A stretch of 52,922 nucleotides of DNA from positions 1 to 52,922 of the forward strand of contig JBHPDN010000004.1 in assembly GCA_042577865.1 (NCBI GenBank). The letters run 5' to 3'. The stretch is from Nanobdellota archaeon (GTDB taxonomy: Archaea > Nanobdellota > Nanobdellia > Woesearchaeales > JAGLXL01). The notes below the pieces were generated by a model, which saw only the letters and a program-made list of their open reading frames with translations, was not told the origin of the DNA and did not search any database. Shown piece by piece: positions 50,242 to 52,922 of this stretch; position 1 is the first letter of the stretch, and each line of letters begins with the position of its first letter. A program made the translations under genes and the position numbers.

Positions 50242-52110
50242 ATGGAAAAAATATTAATTTATATTAAGGAAAAGATAAATTTAAAAGATATTGCCAGACA
50301 TTTTAATGTTAAAAATCTTTTAGTCATACACAACTTAAATAATGTTCCTCTTTTTTTAAAAGATATCCCTTGTAAACATGTTGATGCTTATCAAATATCC
50401 CCCACCATAAACAAAGATACTTTATTATGGCTTCAGAACTGGGCCAACAAGAAAGTAATTAATGGTAAATCTTTTAAGGATTTTCTAAAATTCGAAAATT
50501 CAAGTTTGTATTATTTGATGGAATCTGGACTTTATAGGAATTCTTTTAAAAATTGTTATTCTATTAGAGATGTTTTAATTTCTCTTGAATCTGTTTTGAA
50601 TATATTAAAACAAGAACGTCCGTCATTTGTATTGGTGATGGATGATGGGGATCTTATAAGCAAGGCATTCGTTATGGTTTGTAAATCCAAGGGAATCCCT
50701 TTTAAAGTAAAAAAACAAAACAATCAACACTTTCCCAAGTTTTTATTTTATAAACTATCATTATTCTTAAAATTAAAAGAAAAAGTTCGTAAGTTTCTTA
50801 GCTTATTAGATGGGCCTTCTTATAAATATATGAATCACCCCGTTCTTTTCTTAACTTCTACTCAGAGCTTATACCAAAAAACCAAACCATATGATAAAAT
50901 TTTAAGTCCAATCATCACTGACTTAAATAAATGTGATCATTATTTGTTAGAGGTCGAGTATATCTCTAAGTTCAATTTAAAAAAACTACTATACAGGTTG
51001 ATTAATAAAAAACCAAATCAGAATCTCATTGAATATTTTTTAACACCAACTATTTTTAGAAAACTTAGATTGTATAAAAAACAATTAAAACAAAAATGGT
51101 ATTGGATTAAGGATAATGATAGTTTCAAAAATTCATTTAATTATAAAGAAGTCTTATTTTGGGATGTGATTAAAAATCAGTTTGATTTGTTTTTTAATGT
51201 TCTTTTAATAGAGTTAGCTAAACAACCACTACACATGTTGGAGATTTTAAGAAAAGTTAAACCTTCTTTAGTTGTAATGGTTGATGAAGGCAGTGTTTTT
51301 GGAAGGGCTATGAGTGTTGTAGCAAAAGAAAACAAAGTTCCTACGTTGGCTATTCAACATGGTATTATTCATCCTTCACACCCTTCTTATATAATCCCAA
51401 GTGATTATCCTCGGCCTAGTTTAACTTGTGTGAATGGCGTTTATGATAAGAAAGTTTTGACAAAAATTAGTTCTTTTAAGAACAAAGAGGTTGTTATTAC
51501 AGGACAATCCCATTATGATGTGATGAAAAATTTTAATTTGAATACTCTTAAACCAAAACTCTGTAAAAAGTTTGGTATTAACCCGGATAAGAAGATAATC
51601 CTTTGGGCTACCCAATCACACGGACTTTCTTTAAAAGAGAATATGAAAACAGTTTCAGCTGTTTACAATGCTGTAAGGGCCTCTAAAGATGTACAATTAG
51701 TTGTTAAATTACACCCCCAGGAGGATCAAAAAGCATCTCTGTATAAAGGAAATAAGGGTTATTTTCCAATAATTATTAAGGGCGAAGAAAGCATTTTACC
51801 TTTGATATTTATATGTGATTTAATTATCACTAAAAATTCTACTTCTGCCATTGAGGCTTCTTTGATGGATAAACCAGTTTTGGTTTTAAACCTCGGTGGG
51901 CAGAAGGACGTTATGGATTTTGTTGAAAAGGGAATTGCTCTTGGAGTTTATAAGGACGAGGACCTAGCACAATCTATCAAAAAGATATTGTTGAGCAGCA
52001 AAATTAGAGAACGATTAAGAAAGAAAAGATCTAAATATAATCTAGAGCATAATTACCTTAACGATAGTAAGGCTACAGAGAGAATAACCAATATAATAAA
52101 TACTTTTTAA
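50242..52110 (+). CDS. Large GT-B-fold-like glycosyl-/glycerophospho-transferase-like protein (family uncertain)
   Basis: 622 aa. The C-terminal half (VVMVDEGSVFGRA...AIQHG...KIILWATQ...VVKLHPQED...CDLIITKNSTSAIEASLMDKPVLVLN) has the layout of TagF/KpsS-type or surface-carbohydrate GT-B enzymes. Confidence 0.35.
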   Translation: MEKILIYIKEKINLKDIARHFNVKNLLVIHNLNNVPLFLKDIPCKHVDAYQISPTINKDTLLWLQNWANKKVINGKSFKDFLKFENSSLYYLMESGLYRNSFKNCYSIRDVLISLESVLNILKQERPSFVLVMDDGDLISKAFVMVCKSKGIPFKVKKQNNQHFPKFLFYKLSLFLKLKEKVRKFLSLLDGPSYKYMNHPVLFLTSTQSLYQKTKPYDKILSPIITDLNKCDHYLLEVEYISKFNLKKLLYRLINKKPNQNLIEYFLTPTIFRKLRLYKKQLKQKWYWIKDNDSFKNSFNYKEVLFWDVIKNQFDLFFNVLLIELAKQPLHMLEILRKVKPSLVVMVDEGSVFGRAMSVVAKENKVPTLAIQHGIIHPSHPSYIIPSDYPRPSLTCVNGVYDKKVLTKISSFKNKEVVITGQSHYDVMKNFNLNTLKPKLCKKFGINPDKKIILWATQSHGLSLKENMKTVSAVYNAVRASKDVQLVVKLHPQEDQKASLYKGNKGYFPIIIKGEESILPLIFICDLIITKNSTSAIEASLMDKPVLVLNLGGQKDVMDFVEKGIALGVYKDEDLAQSIKKILLSSKIRERLRKKRSKYNLEHNYLNDSKATERITNIINTF

Positions 52111-52166
52111 AGATCAAACGAAAACTTTATTAACTAGCTTTTTTGGTTCATTAAGAGGGTTACGAA

Positions 52167-52922
52167 ATGAATAAAAAAATAGTGCTTATTTATCCTAATT
52201 TCAGTCCCCCGGTGATTTATAGTAAATCAAAAGAAGGCATAAGAGTTAATCCTAGCGTTCCTAGCGGACTAATAGCGTTGGGCAGTTTCTTGGATAAATG
52301 TGGCTATAAAATAGAAATTATTGACAGGCGGGTTGAGGGAAATTGCATTAATAAAATATTAGCTGCTTCTAAAGATGCCTTGCTTGTTGGCATGTCCATC
52401 ATGACCCCACAAATAGAAGATAGTATAAAGATAGCCAAAGCATTAAAAGAACACTATCCAAAATTACCTGTGGTTGTTGGAGATTCACACCCCACTTTAT
52501 TTCCAATACAAACTTGTGAAGATGAACTTATTGATTTTGTTGTTTATGGAGAAGGCGAAGAAACATTATTAGAGTTAGTAAGGAAAATCGAAGCAAAAAC
52601 CCAGGCCTTCTCAAAAATTAAAGGATTGTGTTGGAAGAGGGATGGTAAGGTAATAGCTAATGAGAAAAGACCATTCTTGGATGTTGATACTTTACCATCT
52701 TATAATTTTGATTTAGTTGATATGGATTTTTATATAAAAGGTTACTCACAATATGACAACAGACCCATAAAAAAAGCTTCTATTGAATTCAGTAGGGGAT
52801 GTCCACACAGATGTGGGTTTTGTATTAATGCCATAAAAGGCAGATTTTGGAGATGCAAAAATCCCGAGAAGGTTGTACAAGAAATAAAAGATCTTGTTGA
52901 AAAGTATAGCATTAATCATATT
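52167..52922 (+). CDS. B12-binding-domain radical SAM protein, N-terminal part (continues past the window end)
   Basis: ATG 52167. The frame stays open to the window edge, so it is absent from the ORF track. N-terminal B12-binding-like KIVLIYPNF...GLIALGSFL...VVGDSHPT. Radical SAM motif RGCPHRCGFC (C-x3-C-x2-C). Confidence 0.7.
   Translation, partial: MNKKIVLIYPNFSPPVIYSKSKEGIRVNPSVPSGLIALGSFLDKCGYKIEIIDRRVEGNCINKILAASKDALLVGMSIMTPQIEDSIKIAKALKEHYPKLPVVVGDSHPTLFPIQTCEDELIDFVVYGEGEETLLELVRKIEAKTQAFSKIKGLCWKRDGKVIANEKRPFLDVDTLPSYNFDLVDMDFYIKGYSQYDNRPIKKASIEFSRGCPHRCGFCINAIKGRFWRCKNPEKVVQEIKDLVEKYSINHI

Noticed and set aside
1-52922. CRISPR arrays, transposases/IS elements, integrases, reverse transcriptase or DGR template/variable repeats, tRNA/rRNA genes
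   Set aside because: I scanned the intergenic regions and the ORF list. There are no regularly spaced direct repeats, no RT or transposase-like ORFs and no tRNA-like GC-rich cloverleaf candidates. The intergenic spacers are short and AT-rich. A DGR targeting the surface proteins cannot be excluded elsewhere in the genome.

Overview
AT-rich archaeal window. The archaeal call rests on RadA, RadB, an RPA-type OB-fold/Zn-finger SSB, archaeal uS2, MBF1, an RNase P Rpp30-like fragment, AglB/STT3, and TTTATAAAT-type TATA boxes about 26-30 nt upstream of many start codons. Gene content and style suggest a small-genome DPANN-like archaeon, but that is inference only; no searches were run and all calls come from motif reading of the translated ORFs. 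The window has three parts. (1) About 0.5-28 kb is an accessory cell-surface mega-locus. It holds three giant Cys-rich, sequon-rich exoproteins (1303 aa, 741 aa, about 2055 aa). It also holds at least 17 genes whose products begin with a class III (type IV prepilin-like) signal peptide, 10 of them with the [KR]-[GA]|Q junction known from EppA-type euryarchaeal pilins. Two of these are 41-43 aa mini-ORFs missing from the ORF track. A TolB-like beta-propeller with a twin-arginine motif and two TPR proteins complete the locus. No pilus ATPase, platform protein or prepilin peptidase is visible in the window. This locus is my main candidate for an undescribed system, possibly an adhesin-presenting pilus or pseudopilus apparatus. 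(2) About 28-33 kb is an information-processing block: RPA, a YdjM-like hydrolase, a PC4-like small protein translationally coupled to radA, a TRAM protein, uS2 and radB. (3) About 33-52.9 kb is a glycosylation island. It contains two tandem STT3-like paralogues lacking WWDxG, a processive GT2 synthase and a membrane-anchored CxxC thioredoxin-fold protein. It also contains an AglB with a C-terminal parvulin PPIase fusion, a GtrB/GtrA/GT-C-like module and further GT2 genes. A WbpB/WbpD/WbpE-like trio, a GT-B-like protein and a partial B12-radical SAM gene complete it. No rRNA, tRNA, CRISPR array, transposase or reverse transcriptase was seen.
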